Below are positions 1 through 11,000 of a stretch of 64,000 bases of DNA, piece after piece. The stretch comes from an uncultured Pseudomonadales bacterium (lineage in GTDB: Bacteria > Patescibacteriota > Microgenomatia > UBA1400 > CAYXSR01): assembly GCA_964467735.1 (NCBI GenBank), contig CAYXSR010000002.1:51885-115884 (forward strand). The letters run 5' to 3'. The notes below the pieces were generated by a model. The model made no database searches and had not been told where the DNA came from. It saw only the letters and a list, made by a program, of their open reading frames with translations. Each line of letters opens with the position of its first letter. Within the stretch, counting starts at the first letter, position 1. The position numbers were made by a program, and so were the translations under genes.

Positions 1-610
1 TTGGGTTAATTAATTGGATTTCCTGCTGAGCCTCATCGAGTTTTTTAATTGACTCATCTATTTGAGGCATTATTTTATCTAATGTTTCAACTATTTTAAC
101 TAACCGTTCCTCTGTACTGCCTCCAGAAAAACTACCTTTACCTTTAAAACCCAAAACGTCAGCATAAGGAGCAATCGCTCCGGTTAAAATTTCTCCTGCC
201 TCTATTCCTTTTATAGCGGCATTTAAACCTCTCTCACCATCCTTATAATAATTATTAAAAAATGGAATAATCTTTAACCAAGATAAAATCCGATAAGCTT
301 TTTTTGTCTCTTCTAATTTAGTTTTGGTGGCTTTTAACTTTTCATCTGTCTGAATTAAATCTTGTTCTTTTACTGAATTATAAGCTTCTTGACCTAAAGT
401 TAATGCTTGTTTAGCTTTCGCAATTACCGGTTTTGTCATTAAAAAGCAAATTCCTGAAAAAACCAATAAAAAACCAATAACAATTATTAAAATTTTCAAC
501 CACTTCTTTTTAGTCTTTGGTTTTATTGGATCGACTAAGGATTCACTCTTATTAATTTTTGGTTGGTTATTTTTAGCTTCAAAATTTATTTTTCCTATTT
601 GTTCTACCAT
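1..610 (-). CDS. Hypothetical membrane-anchored protein (partial; C-terminus lies beyond the window start)
   Basis: Minus-strand frame open from ATG at 610..608 to the window edge (my manual translation: MVEQIGKINFEAKNNQPK...WLKILIIVIGFLLVFSGICFLMTKPVIAK...). There is one N-terminal TM helix followed by a hydrophilic domain. It is not in the supplied ORF track, presumably because it runs off the edge. Its start overlaps the stop of the upstream sugar transferase by a few nt, which suggests co-transcription. Confidence 0.4.
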   Translation of the reverse strand, partial: MVEQIGKINFEAKNNQPKINKSESLVDPIKPKTKKKWLKILIIVIGFLLVFSGICFLMTKPVIAKAKQALTLGQEAYNSVKEQDLIQTDEKLKATKTKLEETKKAYRILSWLKIIPFFNNYYKDGERGLNAAIKGIEAGEILTGAIAPYADVLGFKGKGSFSGGSTEERLVKIVETLDKIMPQIDESIKKLDEAQQEIQLINP

Positions 611-1224
611 TTGCTTATCATTGCTTTTGGCGTTTTTAATAAAATAAGTAAATCTTGCCAAAAAGAATGACTCCTTGCATATTTATAATCCATTCTAGCA
701 CGTTTATCGAAAGGAATCTCGTTCCTTCCGGAAGTTTGCCATGGCCCGGTTATCCCTGGCTTAACTGATAAAATTGTTTTTATTAAAGGTTTTGTTTTGG
801 GATATTTTTTAACTTGTTCTTTTAATTCCCTTTCAACATAAGCTCTTGGACCAACAATACTCATCTCTCCTTTTAAAACATTCCATAATTGAGGAAATTC
901 ATCAATCGTCAAATTTCTCAATAATCTTCCTAACCTTGTAATTCTCGGGTCATTTTTAAGCTTCCAATCACCTTTTTTAAATTTTTTTAAAAGTTCTTTA
1001 TCTTTTTCAAAAAGAATTTCATCAGCATTCTCCACCATTGTTCTGAATTTATAAAGCTTAAATTTCTTTCCTTTTTTACCTAATCTTTCATGGCTATAAA
1101 TAATTGATCCCTTTGACTGAAGTTTTATTAAAATAGGGACTATAAACCAAATTGGAAAAAAAATTACCGCCAAAAAAAGAGCTAAACAAATATCTATAAT
1201 TCTTTTTACACACTGATAATTCAT
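604..1224 (-). CDS. Polyprenyl-phosphate sugar phosphotransferase (bacterial sugar transferase, PglC/WbaP-C-domain type; initiating enzyme)
   Basis: 206 aa with a single N-terminal TM helix, then the family motifs KFRTM..NAD, DEFPQLWNVLKGEMSIVGPR, and KPGITGPWQ. These are the classic Bac_transf signature. Confidence 0.8.
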   Translation of the reverse strand: MNYQCVKRIIDICLALFLAVIFFPIWFIVPILIKLQSKGSIIYSHERLGKKGKKFKLYKFRTMVENADEILFEKDKELLKKFKKGDWKLKNDPRITRLGRLLRNLTIDEFPQLWNVLKGEMSIVGPRAYVERELKEQVKKYPKTKPLIKTILSVKPGITGPWQTSGRNEIPFDKRARMDYKYARSHSFWQDLLILLKTPKAMISKW

Positions 1225-1227
1225 AAG

Positions 1228-2316
1228 TTACTTTTCATAAAGGTTTTTATAAAGTTGCTTTACTTTCGGGGCCTGATCAAGTGGGCAAACTAACAAACCT
1301 TCAGCCGTATCAATAACAATTATATTGGAAAGACCAATTATTCCGGCAATTTTTTTATCCCGAGAAAAAATTAAAGAATTTTTAACATCTATTAGTTCTG
1401 TTTTACCAAGAATCACATTGCCATCTTTGTCTTTAGGTAAACCATAATAGATTAATTCCCAAGTTCCAAGATCTACCCAACCAATATCAACTGGTAATTC
1501 CCACTGTGTACCAGGTTTTAGTTTTTCAAACACGCCAAAATCAACTGAATTTTTCTCAATCTTAGGATATTCTTTATTAAGAACCTGAGTGTATTTGCTC
1601 GTCCCCATTGAGTCTGCAATTTTCTTTATTTTCTTGTAACAATCGGGTGCATGCTCTTTATATTTTTCCAACAAAAGTTGAGGTTTTGTTGCCATATAGC
1701 CAGAGTGAATTAAATATGTTTTGGCAGCTAAAAACTTTTTAGCAGTTGGCAAGTCTGGTTTCTCTACTTGTTTTAAAAACTCATAAACTTCAAACCCATC
1801 CTCACTTCTAAGTTTTTTACCAATTTTTATCCAACCGTTGTGGACTGATGGATAGGTTGGTTTCATATCTATGTGAACTACAACATTATTATCTCTTGAC
1901 AGTTGAGCAGCTTTTTTTAAGGCACTAACAAATGCTTTTTCTTTCCTAACTAAATGGTCCGCTCCCCAAAGAATAATCATTACTGAATTAGGGAATTTAT
2001 GGTTAATTGTGGCCGTCGCCAAAGCCACCGCTCCCAGGGTATCTCTCATCTCTGGTTCAAAAATTATATTTTCCTGGGGAATCTCTGGAGCATGTTTTCT
2101 AATAATTTCTTTATAGTCTTTACCAGTCGAAATGAATATATCCTCGGGACTAAAACCTTTTAATACTCTCTCGAAAGCCTGGCGGAAAAATGATTTTTCA
2201 CCTAAGATTGGACCAAACTGCTTAGGATGACCTATTTTGCTTATTGGCCACATCCTTGTCCCTCGACCACCACAAAAGAGGACTATCTTTGTGTCATTTT
2301 TTCCTGTCTTTTTCAT
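1228..2316 (-). CDS. manC: Mannose-1-phosphate guanylyltransferase (GDP-mannose pyrophosphorylase)
   Basis: N-terminus LFCGGRGTRMWPISKIGHPKQF (GGxGTRLWPxS...PKQF is the ManC/CpsB-type nucleotidyltransferase signature); 362 aa, so no PMI domain. Confidence 0.65.
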   Translation of the reverse strand: MKKTGKNDTKIVLFCGGRGTRMWPISKIGHPKQFGPILGEKSFFRQAFERVLKGFSPEDIFISTGKDYKEIIRKHAPEIPQENIIFEPEMRDTLGAVALATATINHKFPNSVMIILWGADHLVRKEKAFVSALKKAAQLSRDNNVVVHIDMKPTYPSVHNGWIKIGKKLRSEDGFEVYEFLKQVEKPDLPTAKKFLAAKTYLIHSGYMATKPQLLLEKYKEHAPDCYKKIKKIADSMGTSKYTQVLNKEYPKIEKNSVDFGVFEKLKPGTQWELPVDIGWVDLGTWELIYYGLPKDKDGNVILGKTELIDVKNSLIFSRDKKIAGIIGLSNIIVIDTAEGLLVCPLDQAPKVKQLYKNLYEK

Positions 2317-3413
2317 ATATCCTCCACTAGTTTTTTAATTTTTTTAATAAAGACTTTCTGATTAAATCTTTTGACATTTTGTTGGCAATCTTTGGCTTTA
2401 AAATTTTTGGCCTTAAACTGCTGAACGGCTTGAACTAGACCTTCTACTGTTTGATTTTCAAAAAGAATACCCGTTTTACCATCAATAACTGTTTCTCCAA
2501 AACCTCCTTTAGTAAAAGCAATTACTGGCTTTCCCGCCGCTTGAGCCTCTATTGCCACTAGACCAAAATCTTCATTTTGAGCTAAAACTACTGCACAACA
2601 CTTTTGATAATAACCAATTAAAATATCATCTGTCAATTGACCAAGAAATTCGATATTATCTTTTGCCATACGTTTTAGTCTTTTTAGCTGATTACCGACG
2701 CCAATAATTTTTAATGGAAGCCTCAGTTTATTAAAAGCTTTAATCACTAAATCTAGCCTTTTATAGGGGACAAGTCTCGAAACTACCAAGAAAAAGTCTT
2801 TTTGGCTGGGTAAATTAGCAATATCCTTCTTCTTAAATCTTTTTATATCAACAGGTGGATAGACAATGATAGAATCTCTATTGTAGTATTTTTTAATTCT
2901 TCTTTGGGTCGTTCGGGAAATAGCTAAAAATTTATCTGGACGTTGAGCAGCAACATAGTCCCATTTTTTAAGAATTGGGGCTAAAAGATTAAAAATTTTT
3001 TTAACTAAGAAATTAAAATTATTAAAACCAGCATTGCCTATATAGTCTTTATATCCCGACCATAAATATCGAGTTGGTGTAAGACAATAACAAATATGAT
3101 TTGTTTTGGTATTGGTAATAACTCCTTTCGCTTCAGCACTAGTAACAGAAATAACTAGTTCAAAATCAGAAAAATCAAAAGATTCAAAAGCAAAAGGTGT
3201 TAACCATGGATAAAACTCATGTTTTTCACTCGCAAATGGAAATTTTTGCATAAAAGAAGGAGTTATCTTAAATCCCTGTGTCCATAAAGCTTTTTTTTGA
3301 TTATAAACAGCAGTGAAAAAGGGTGCCTCTGGCCAGACTTCATGTAAAACTTGCAAGATCCTCTCTGCCCCTCCAATTTTATTAAGTCGATCATAAACAA
3401 TCGCTACTCTCAT
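2313..3413 (-). CDS. Glycosyltransferase family 4 (GT-B)
   Basis: C-terminal GT4 motif: VVSRLVPYKRLDLVIKAF...EDFGLVAIEAQAAGKPVIA. Confidence 0.75.
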   Translation of the reverse strand: MRVAIVYDRLNKIGGAERILQVLHEVWPEAPFFTAVYNQKKALWTQGFKITPSFMQKFPFASEKHEFYPWLTPFAFESFDFSDFELVISVTSAEAKGVITNTKTNHICYCLTPTRYLWSGYKDYIGNAGFNNFNFLVKKIFNLLAPILKKWDYVAAQRPDKFLAISRTTQRRIKKYYNRDSIIVYPPVDIKRFKKKDIANLPSQKDFFLVVSRLVPYKRLDLVIKAFNKLRLPLKIIGVGNQLKRLKRMAKDNIEFLGQLTDDILIGYYQKCCAVVLAQNEDFGLVAIEAQAAGKPVIAFTKGGFGETVIDGKTGILFENQTVEGLVQAVQQFKAKNFKAKDCQQNVKRFNQKVFIKKIKKLVEDI

Positions 3414-4567
3414 AAATTTCTTTTATAAATTTGAAAAGTTTCATCTTTTGTTTTTTGCCAGGAGAAATTTTTAACTCTCTGTTTTCCTGTCTTAATAAGC
3501 TTTCTTCTCAATTCATTAGAGGAATGGATTGTTCTAATCTTCTCAGCGATATCATCAATATCCAAAGGATTAAAATATAAAGCTGCTTTATCATAAATCT
3601 CTGGCAAAGAACTCTGTTTACTTGATAACACCGGACAACCAGCTGCCATTGCTTCTAATCCTGGCAGACCAAAACCCTCCATTAAAGAAGGAGTAATAAA
3701 AGACAATGATTCATAGTATAGTATTTTCAAATCTTCATCATTTACAAATCCCAAACATTTAACAAAATTTTCTGCTTTATAATTTTTAATAGTTTTCTTT
3801 AACCTTTGAAGAAAAACATCCCTTGCACAAACAATTATTAAATTAATCATTTTTTCGTTGGTTGAAAATTGATTTGCCTTTTTTAATCCTAGAATTAAAC
3901 GTTCTAAATTTTTATGAGGATAGACACTCCCGACATACAATAAATAAGGTTTTTTTAAATTATATTTTTTTAACACTCTTTTACTTATTGTTTTTGATTT
4001 AATCTCGTTAAATTTCTCCTCTACCCCTTCATAAATTACACTAATTTTTTCTGTGACAAGAGAAGGATATTTTTTAATTAATTTCTTCTTCACCCATTTA
4101 CTTGGAACAATTATTTTCTCTGCTCGTTTTACTGCTAGGTAAAAGATTAAATGATAGTTTAAATATTTAAACCAATAAATAAAAGGATTCTTTGTGGTAG
4201 TAGCCAGTCCTTTCGATTCGTGTTTTATAAGATCATGAATCGTAACTACGTATTTACTAAAGTAAAAAATTGGAACATTAAAATGAGGAAAATGAACTAA
4301 GTCAAATTTTTCTTTTGCCAAAAAAAAGGGAAAAAAAAGCTGCTCTTTTATTGAGTAATGATCAATATTTGTTTTAATATAGAAAAATTTGTTTCCTAAC
4401 TCTTTTTTTATTTTTAAAAATTCTTCTGATTTAACAATTAGCCAAAAATCAATATTATTTGTTTGTTTGTTTTTAATTTGTTTAATCAAATTTTTTATAT
4501 AACGCCCAATTCCTGCATGTTTTAAACCATACATCCGAGCATCAATAGCAATTTTAAAATGTTTCAT
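3410..4567 (-). CDS. Glycosyltransferase family 4 (GT-B)
   Basis: YVGSVYPHKNLERLI...EGFGLPGLEAMAAGCPVLSS (EX7E-type GT4 motif). Confidence 0.75.
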   Translation of the reverse strand: MKHFKIAIDARMYGLKHAGIGRYIKNLIKQIKNKQTNNIDFWLIVKSEEFLKIKKELGNKFFYIKTNIDHYSIKEQLFFPFFLAKEKFDLVHFPHFNVPIFYFSKYVVTIHDLIKHESKGLATTTKNPFIYWFKYLNYHLIFYLAVKRAEKIIVPSKWVKKKLIKKYPSLVTEKISVIYEGVEEKFNEIKSKTISKRVLKKYNLKKPYLLYVGSVYPHKNLERLILGLKKANQFSTNEKMINLIIVCARDVFLQRLKKTIKNYKAENFVKCLGFVNDEDLKILYYESLSFITPSLMEGFGLPGLEAMAAGCPVLSSKQSSLPEIYDKAALYFNPLDIDDIAEKIRTIHSSNELRRKLIKTGKQRVKNFSWQKTKDETFQIYKRNL

Positions 4568-4573
4568 TTTAAA

Positions 4574-5467
4574 CTATTTAAAAAAATTGATAATTATTCT
4601 AATAAAACCTTTTAAAGTTATTCCAAATAAAACTAGCTTTGTTAACCATCGTGGATATTTATTTTTATAAAATTTATTATAAAAAATTCTCATTGCTCTA
4701 ATTGATTCTTTTGCGGCTTTAATTCTTGTTTGACGATTTATTTTTATATCCTTGGTTTCTTCCCTTAAACCAGAACTTGCTCCTTTATAATGGATGGCTT
4801 TTGCTTTTGGATAATAAAATATCTGCCAGCCTTTTTCTTTGGCACGATAACAAAAATCAATATCTTCTCCATAAAAAAAATAATTCTCGTCCCACCAACC
4901 TATTCGGTCACCCACTTCTCGTCTTACCAACATAAAAGCTCCACAACAAGCATCTATCTGGTGGGGTTTATCTAAATTTAAATAAAACTGGTGATATTGA
5001 CTGAATAATCGATTTCTAGGAAAGATTTTTTCTAATCCACTAAAATAACAAAAAGCTCCCCAAGGAGTAGGAAATCCACGATGACAATCAGAATCCATTC
5101 TACCATCTCTTAGTTTTAACTTTGGCGTCACCACACCAATTTTTTTATTCTTTCTTAAGAATTTTAATAATAAAAGTATGTTTTCAGGAGAAACTAAGAC
5201 ATCCCCGTTAATAAAAAGTAAATACCTACCTTTAGCTTTTTTAACTGCTAAATTATTTCCGGCAGAAAAACCAATATTTTCTTTGTTTTCGATTAATTTA
5301 ATTTCGGGAAAATTATTCTTCATCATCTCCACACTCTTATCGCAAGAAGCATTATCAACAACAACAACTTCGCTAGAAACTTGCTTTTTTATGTCTTTTA
5401 ATAAATTTAATGATTTAGAGATAATTTCTCTATTATTAAAATTTAAAATTATTATAGAAAGCTTCAT
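4574..5467 (-). CDS. Glycosyltransferase family 2 (GT-A)
   Basis: N-terminus LSIIILNFNNREIISKSL...VVVVDNASCDKSVE...GFSAGNNLAVKKAKGRYLLFINGD (DxD-type GT2 fold). Confidence 0.75.
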   Translation of the reverse strand: MKLSIIILNFNNREIISKSLNLLKDIKKQVSSEVVVVDNASCDKSVEMMKNNFPEIKLIENKENIGFSAGNNLAVKKAKGRYLLFINGDVLVSPENILLLLKFLRKNKKIGVVTPKLKLRDGRMDSDCHRGFPTPWGAFCYFSGLEKIFPRNRLFSQYHQFYLNLDKPHQIDACCGAFMLVRREVGDRIGWWDENYFFYGEDIDFCYRAKEKGWQIFYYPKAKAIHYKGASSGLREETKDIKINRQTRIKAAKESIRAMRIFYNKFYKNKYPRWLTKLVLFGITLKGFIRIIINFFK

Positions 5468-5482
5468 ATTATTTTAATTCCT

Positions 5483-6664
5483 TTAAATTTCTCGATAAAT
5501 TTTGTTAAGGTCTTTGGCAATGTTATACCAATCATACCTTTCAAAAACTAATTTTTGGGCAGCCTTGCTTATATTATTGTTTAAAGTTTTATTTTCTAAA
5601 AGCTCTATCGTCTTCTCTACCATGTCATTTTCATCACTACCAACCAAAACATGTTTTCCTGATTGAAGATCTATCCCCTCAATACCCAAAGGAGTTGTTA
5701 CGACAGAAACCCCCGCCGCCATTGATTCCAAAATTTTATAACGCGTCCCTCTTCCTAGTCTTAGTGGGGCTATCAAAACATCGGCTATAGAAAAAATGTC
5801 TCTTATATCTTCAATATTCTCTTTCAAAACTACCCCTTCTGTTTTTTTAATCAATTCCGCAAGAGACATTGATGGATTCTTTCCAACAATCAAAAGTTTT
5901 GCATTGGGTATCCTTTGATAAATCTTTGGCCAAATTTCTTTAACAAGAAAATTCACCGCATCGCTATTTGGTAACCAGCTAAAATTCCCAACAAAAATAA
6001 CAAGCGGATTTTTTTGTTTTTGTTTCTTAATTTTCTCAAAAAAATCTCTATCGATTCCGTTGGGAATTAATACAACCTTTCTAAAAGAAATTTTCTCCAT
6101 AATTTTTTTGTCTTCTGTAGAAACTGCGATCAATTTTTCACTCCTTTTCCAATAATATTTCTCCCAAAAAATAAGCTTTAATAAATCAAAGTATAGAAAT
6201 GGCTTTAATAGAAGATTTTTTTTATCTATATATTTTCTAAAAACCAAATACTCTATATTGTGTTCTGCTAATACTAATGGTGGTTTTTTAACTCCTAGTA
6301 AGGATAATAAGACATAAAATGTCTCCGAGCTAATTAAATCATAATTATTTAAAAGCTCTTCCTTTAGTAATTTTCTAGCTTTTAAAGAAAAATAACTAAT
6401 CATTAAAAGAGGAAATGGCGAAAAGGCAGTTAAAAAAAGATTGAATAAAGACCAAATATTTCTCCTTCTAACGTAAATTACTTTATGACAAATTTTTTCC
6501 ACCTCAGATATATATTTTTCTTCATTGTCTCTTAAAAAGGTAAAAAGAGTAATTTCGTGTTGCTGAGAGATGTTTCTCAATAAATTATAGGCACGAATTC
6601 TGCCACCACTAATTAAAGGATAAGGTAAAACCGGAGAAACAAACAGGATTTTCATTTTTGACAA
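5483..6664 (-). CDS. Glycosyltransferase family 4 (GT-B)
   Basis: C-terminal PLRLGRGTRYKILESMAAGVSVVTTPLG is GT4-like. Confidence 0.7.
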   Translation of the reverse strand: MSKMKILFVSPVLPYPLISGGRIRAYNLLRNISQQHEITLFTFLRDNEEKYISEVEKICHKVIYVRRRNIWSLFNLFLTAFSPFPLLMISYFSLKARKLLKEELLNNYDLISSETFYVLLSLLGVKKPPLVLAEHNIEYLVFRKYIDKKNLLLKPFLYFDLLKLIFWEKYYWKRSEKLIAVSTEDKKIMEKISFRKVVLIPNGIDRDFFEKIKKQKQKNPLVIFVGNFSWLPNSDAVNFLVKEIWPKIYQRIPNAKLLIVGKNPSMSLAELIKKTEGVVLKENIEDIRDIFSIADVLIAPLRLGRGTRYKILESMAAGVSVVTTPLGIEGIDLQSGKHVLVGSDENDMVEKTIELLENKTLNNNISKAAQKLVFERYDWYNIAKDLNKIYREI

Positions 6665-8079
6665 TCTACCAGTTTAGCAATTATATAATCGTCAGTCTTT
6701 TCAAGAACACAAAACTTTTGTTCTATATATTCAGTTTCTGGACCAAAATCAAAATTAACATAATGAGTGGCTCCTTTACTAATAAGTTTATCTATTTCTA
6801 TTCCCTGAGGCCAACCATCTCTATTAATTTGATATAAAAAGGCAGTATCACCACCCAAAGGAGCAATCACTTTTGCTTCTTTGGGTAAAATTTCATCTGC
6901 TCTTCGTCCAGCAGTAATCATCTTAAAATTATTAATATTGAAAAAATCCCTAACTTGATACCAAGAAAATGCCCACATAAAAACAAAACATATAAAAAGA
7001 AATAACTTAGAAAAAACTTTTCTAAATTCTTTTATTGGAGCAAGTATCACTTTTGCTCCTTTACCAAGAAAAACGCAAATTACTGGCACCAAAAGTATTT
7101 GGTAATAATCATGCTGAATGTTGCCCCTTGCTACAACAATAAGATAAACAAGGGTCCCTAACAACCAAAAATCAAAGAACCTTCCTTCTTTTTTTTCTGT
7201 TTTGGCAATAATTCCTAGTATAAAAATAACTATTCCCCAATATCCCAAAATTAATTTGCTCAATCTCTCGGCAAATAACCACCTAAACCAAGCTGGCTTT
7301 AAACGCATTCCACCGGCATTTAAAAGCCACATATTTGCCGGAATACCCTCGGGAAAATGATTAATCCACCATCGCCACCATAAAAAAGGAACTATTGAAA
7401 TCAATAAATAAGTCCCTGTAAAAAAAAGTGACCTTGTTAATCCCTTTTGTCTCCAAAGTAAATAAAAAATACTGGGGGCAATAATAAATAAAGTAAATGG
7501 TTTGATCAATATAGAAATAGCTGTAAAAATTAGGAAATTACCTAAATATATCTTGCTATTTTTTCTAATAAATCTTAAAAAAAAGTAAATAGCTCCTAAC
7601 ATTGTCATAATCATCATTGGTTCTGGAAGAATTACTCTTGAATAATAAATATTAAAAGGAAGAACGGCAAAGAAAAAACTAGCTAATAATGCCATAGGAA
7701 AATCAATCAAATCTTTGACAATAAAAAATAGAAAAATTAAACTAAAACAGGAAAAAATATTAGAAATTAGTCTTCCCCATATCTCAAGACTAAAAAAACT
7801 CAGATTCTTTGCCAAAAAGGCATGAACAATATTATAGCTTGGAAATTCAACAAACCGATAGCCTTCTGGATTATCTTTTCCGGATGGAATATTAGAAAGG
7901 TCATTAAAACGAGGGTGTAAGATATCAAATCCTTTTTGAACAAAACTTCTTGAAACTGCTGAAGTATCAGCTTGGCGCCAGGAATGCCAATCAGCTATTG
8001 GGTTTCTAATCCTATACAATCTAAGGATAAAATTGATTAAAACAATTACAGATAATAATATAATCTGCTTTTTATTCAT
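6652..8079 (-). CDS. Polytopic membrane glycosyltransferase, GT-C fold (ArnT/PMT-like, lipid-carrier dependent)
   Basis: 475 aa with about 11 predicted TM helices. The first extracytoplasmic loop carries a conserved acidic motif (HSWRQADTS...) like the loop of GT39/GT83 enzymes. The N-terminal motif pattern resembles ORF 57844..59304 (GWESARD). Confidence 0.45.
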   Translation of the reverse strand: MNKKQIILLSVIVLINFILRLYRIRNPIADWHSWRQADTSAVSRSFVQKGFDILHPRFNDLSNIPSGKDNPEGYRFVEFPSYNIVHAFLAKNLSFFSLEIWGRLISNIFSCFSLIFLFFIVKDLIDFPMALLASFFFAVLPFNIYYSRVILPEPMMIMTMLGAIYFFLRFIRKNSKIYLGNFLIFTAISILIKPFTLFIIAPSIFYLLWRQKGLTRSLFFTGTYLLISIVPFLWWRWWINHFPEGIPANMWLLNAGGMRLKPAWFRWLFAERLSKLILGYWGIVIFILGIIAKTEKKEGRFFDFWLLGTLVYLIVVARGNIQHDYYQILLVPVICVFLGKGAKVILAPIKEFRKVFSKLFLFICFVFMWAFSWYQVRDFFNINNFKMITAGRRADEILPKEAKVIAPLGGDTAFLYQINRDGWPQGIEIDKLISKGATHYVNFDFGPETEYIEQKFCVLEKTDDYIIAKLVDCQK

Positions 8080-11000
8080 TTACTTCTATTATCTCATCGC
8101 CTAAATATTCTTTTAGATTATTCTGTTCATCAAAAACAAAAACATAAGTTGGTAAAGTCGATTTTTTATAATCCTTAGCGCTTTCTAATTCAGAAACTTT
8201 AACAACCCCTAATGTCTGATCACGGTAGATAAACCATAATGCATCTTCTAATCCTACTGGAAAAACCCAAGCATTTTCATATTTTATGGGAACGTTTACA
8301 AAACAAAGTGTTGCTCCCTCTGGAAATTCAAGATAATTATCTTTTAAGGCTCTTAGTGTTGTATAGGAAATATCAGAGGCTTTACTCCATTGCTGAAGCT
8401 GCCTGATAGTCAATTTTATAAAATAAATTGATAGAAACAATGATGTTAAAATTAAAAACACCATCCTGATTTTATATCTCCTTACCCTGTAGACAAAAGA
8501 AACCAAGACAAATGCCAGAATTGCACTAAAACCAAAAGAAGCTAAATAATTATAACGAATACTTATATTGCCCAGTCCCAAAAACGGCAATAGACTAATA
8601 AAAGATAAGGAAAAGAAGAAAAATATTATCTTTCCATCGATATAAACTTTTGATAGCTTCACATTTAATCTTTTTTTCAATTTTAAAATTATAACAGTAA
8701 TAAAAATTAAAATTATAACAAACCAAAAAATATGTTCTCGCCAAAAACCTCTTAGGTTCTGATAGAAAGGAAGAAATTCTGTTCCTAAGATAGTTAAACC
8801 AAGATATCCAAATAAATTACCCACAAAGTTAATTGGTAGTTTTAAAAAGTTATAATTGTAATCACCCGATAACCAATGAGAAGAGGCTATTAAACGCATA
8901 AATAGATAAAAGGCTGCTTCGGCACCAAAAAGAAGAACAAAAATAAAATCCCTTTTATCTTTCTTACTGAAAAGAAATACAAGTAGACATAGAAGAGGAA
9001 AAACTATTCCTGATTCATGAGAAAAAAGCGCCAGTAAGCCCAAAATTGATATTAAAATTAAAAATATTATCCTTTCAAAAGATTTGTTCGTTTGTAAAAA
9101 ACGAAACCAAAAATAAAGTCCCCAGATAGTAAACAAAGCAGAAAGGGCAATCATTATCCCTGAGCTCCAAACAACAGTCTCTATTTGGGAAGGAATAATG
9201 GTGAAAAATAAAGCTGCTAAGAAAGCAGTTAGTTTTCGTCCGGTATATTTTCTGGTCAATAAAAATACTCCTAAAGCGGTAAAAAGATGAATAATTATAC
9301 TTGTTGCATGATAACCAAATGGTTTTAGCCAAAAAATAGAATAAAGAAGGAAAAAATAGATTTTTCCAATCGGTCGATAGAAAAAACCAGCTGCGTCAAT
9401 AAATGGCAAATAAATATCTTTAAAAGAAAAGTTTGCTCCCCATTTCAACCAGGTAAAATCGTCACCAATAAAATAATTATTTAAACTGCCAGAATATAGC
9501 AACAAACCAACAATACAAATAAAAATAAAGAGAATAAAAGGAGAAGTAATAAATTGTTCAATGTTTCTTTTCAAATCAATCTTTCGACTAGAGTTAAAAC
9601 TAATAAAAATCCCCATTAAAATACCGATAAGAGGCCAAACTGTAAAGGCCACCTTAGAGGCTTCAAAAATATCAATCATTAAAGCATTTATTGCAACTCC
9701 AAATATACCTCCTAAAATTCCTGCTGCCATACTTTTAAAAAATGAGTCTTTTATTGAAGAAAAAGCTTTCTTTGTCCAAAAATAAATCAACAAAAATATA
9801 CTAAGGAAGCTAAGTAGGCCTAATAGTCCCGTCTCTCCCAACGTTCGTAAATAACTATTATCGGTTGCTAGAGAAATTGAAGAATAACCAGAGCCTGTTA
9901 ATATATTTCTTTTAAAAGCATTTATTGCTCTCGGCCATGTTCCTTGAAATCTTGTTGTAAAAGAAATGTCATACACTAATGCCTTTTGGATTAAAAAACT
10001 ACCAGAAATTGTTGCGATCTCGCTTGCTTTAGTAGCCACTTCTAAAGTCTCATATAGAGGAGTAGCAATTTTCTTTTTTATCACCGCCACTGAGGTGGCG
10101 GCTGGACTATCTTCTAGACTTGTAGGAGGCAAGGCAATAAAACCAGTGCCCAAAGGTAGATCTTCTTCAGCAACTTCATCTTCTTCGGTGATAACTTTTC
10201 CCAATTTTTCAATATCCTCTAGTTTGGCAATTGGCTTCCCCGTTACTTTATCATAAACAACATTTTCTACTCTAAAAGTTTTACTTAATCTTTCTGACAT
10301 TTGGCCGACAGAATTGCTCAGAAAAAAACTAATAAGAATAACTGGAATAATAAATTTTTTCTGTTTCAGTAAAACTAAAACTAAACTAATCGCTAACAAA
10401 TAAACTAAAAAAGAAACTCTTGAGGCCGTCAACAACAATAACTCATAAGCACCGATAAATAAAATAAAATAAAAGATTTTAGCTAACTTATTTTTAATAC
10501 CAAAAAAAAGGGCCCCAAACAAAGAAAGCATCAATACCAAGTAGGCTGCCAAGTCGTAATGTCCGCCAAAAGTAGAAGTAATTCTGTTGTTTGGGCCAAG
10601 TCTTAGAGGAATACCTTTAGCAAATTCCTCGTTCATAGTTAGATAAGCAGGCAAACCCATAAACTTCTGACCAAAACCATAAATTATAACTCCCACCAAA
10701 CCAATAATAATCGCCACCAAATAAAATTTAATTAATTTGTTATTCTCTTTCACTGTGGTGTAAACAAAGAAAAAAGGAATTATATATTCTATGCGTCGCA
10801 AATAATGAAGAATGGATACATTTGGAAAAAAATTAGCTAAGTGGGGTGCTAAAAAAATTAAAGCTACAACAGTAGATAGCAACCCTACTAACCAATAAAT
10901 AAATATTGCCCCTGTCAGAGGAGTCCTCAACCGATCTCTATTTCTTACAACCTTTGCTAAAAAAATAATTGTTAAAAACGCAACCAGTAAATCTTCTATT

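Noticed and set aside
10084-10101. Perfect 7-bp GC-rich inverted repeat with a 4-nt loop (ccgccac-tgag-gtggcgg) inside the 8072..11149 gene.
   Set aside because: It lies mid-CDS and encodes PAATSVAV within the acidic loop. It is more likely a coincidental coding-sequence palindrome than a terminator or attenuator; no flanking U-tract is present on the coding strand.
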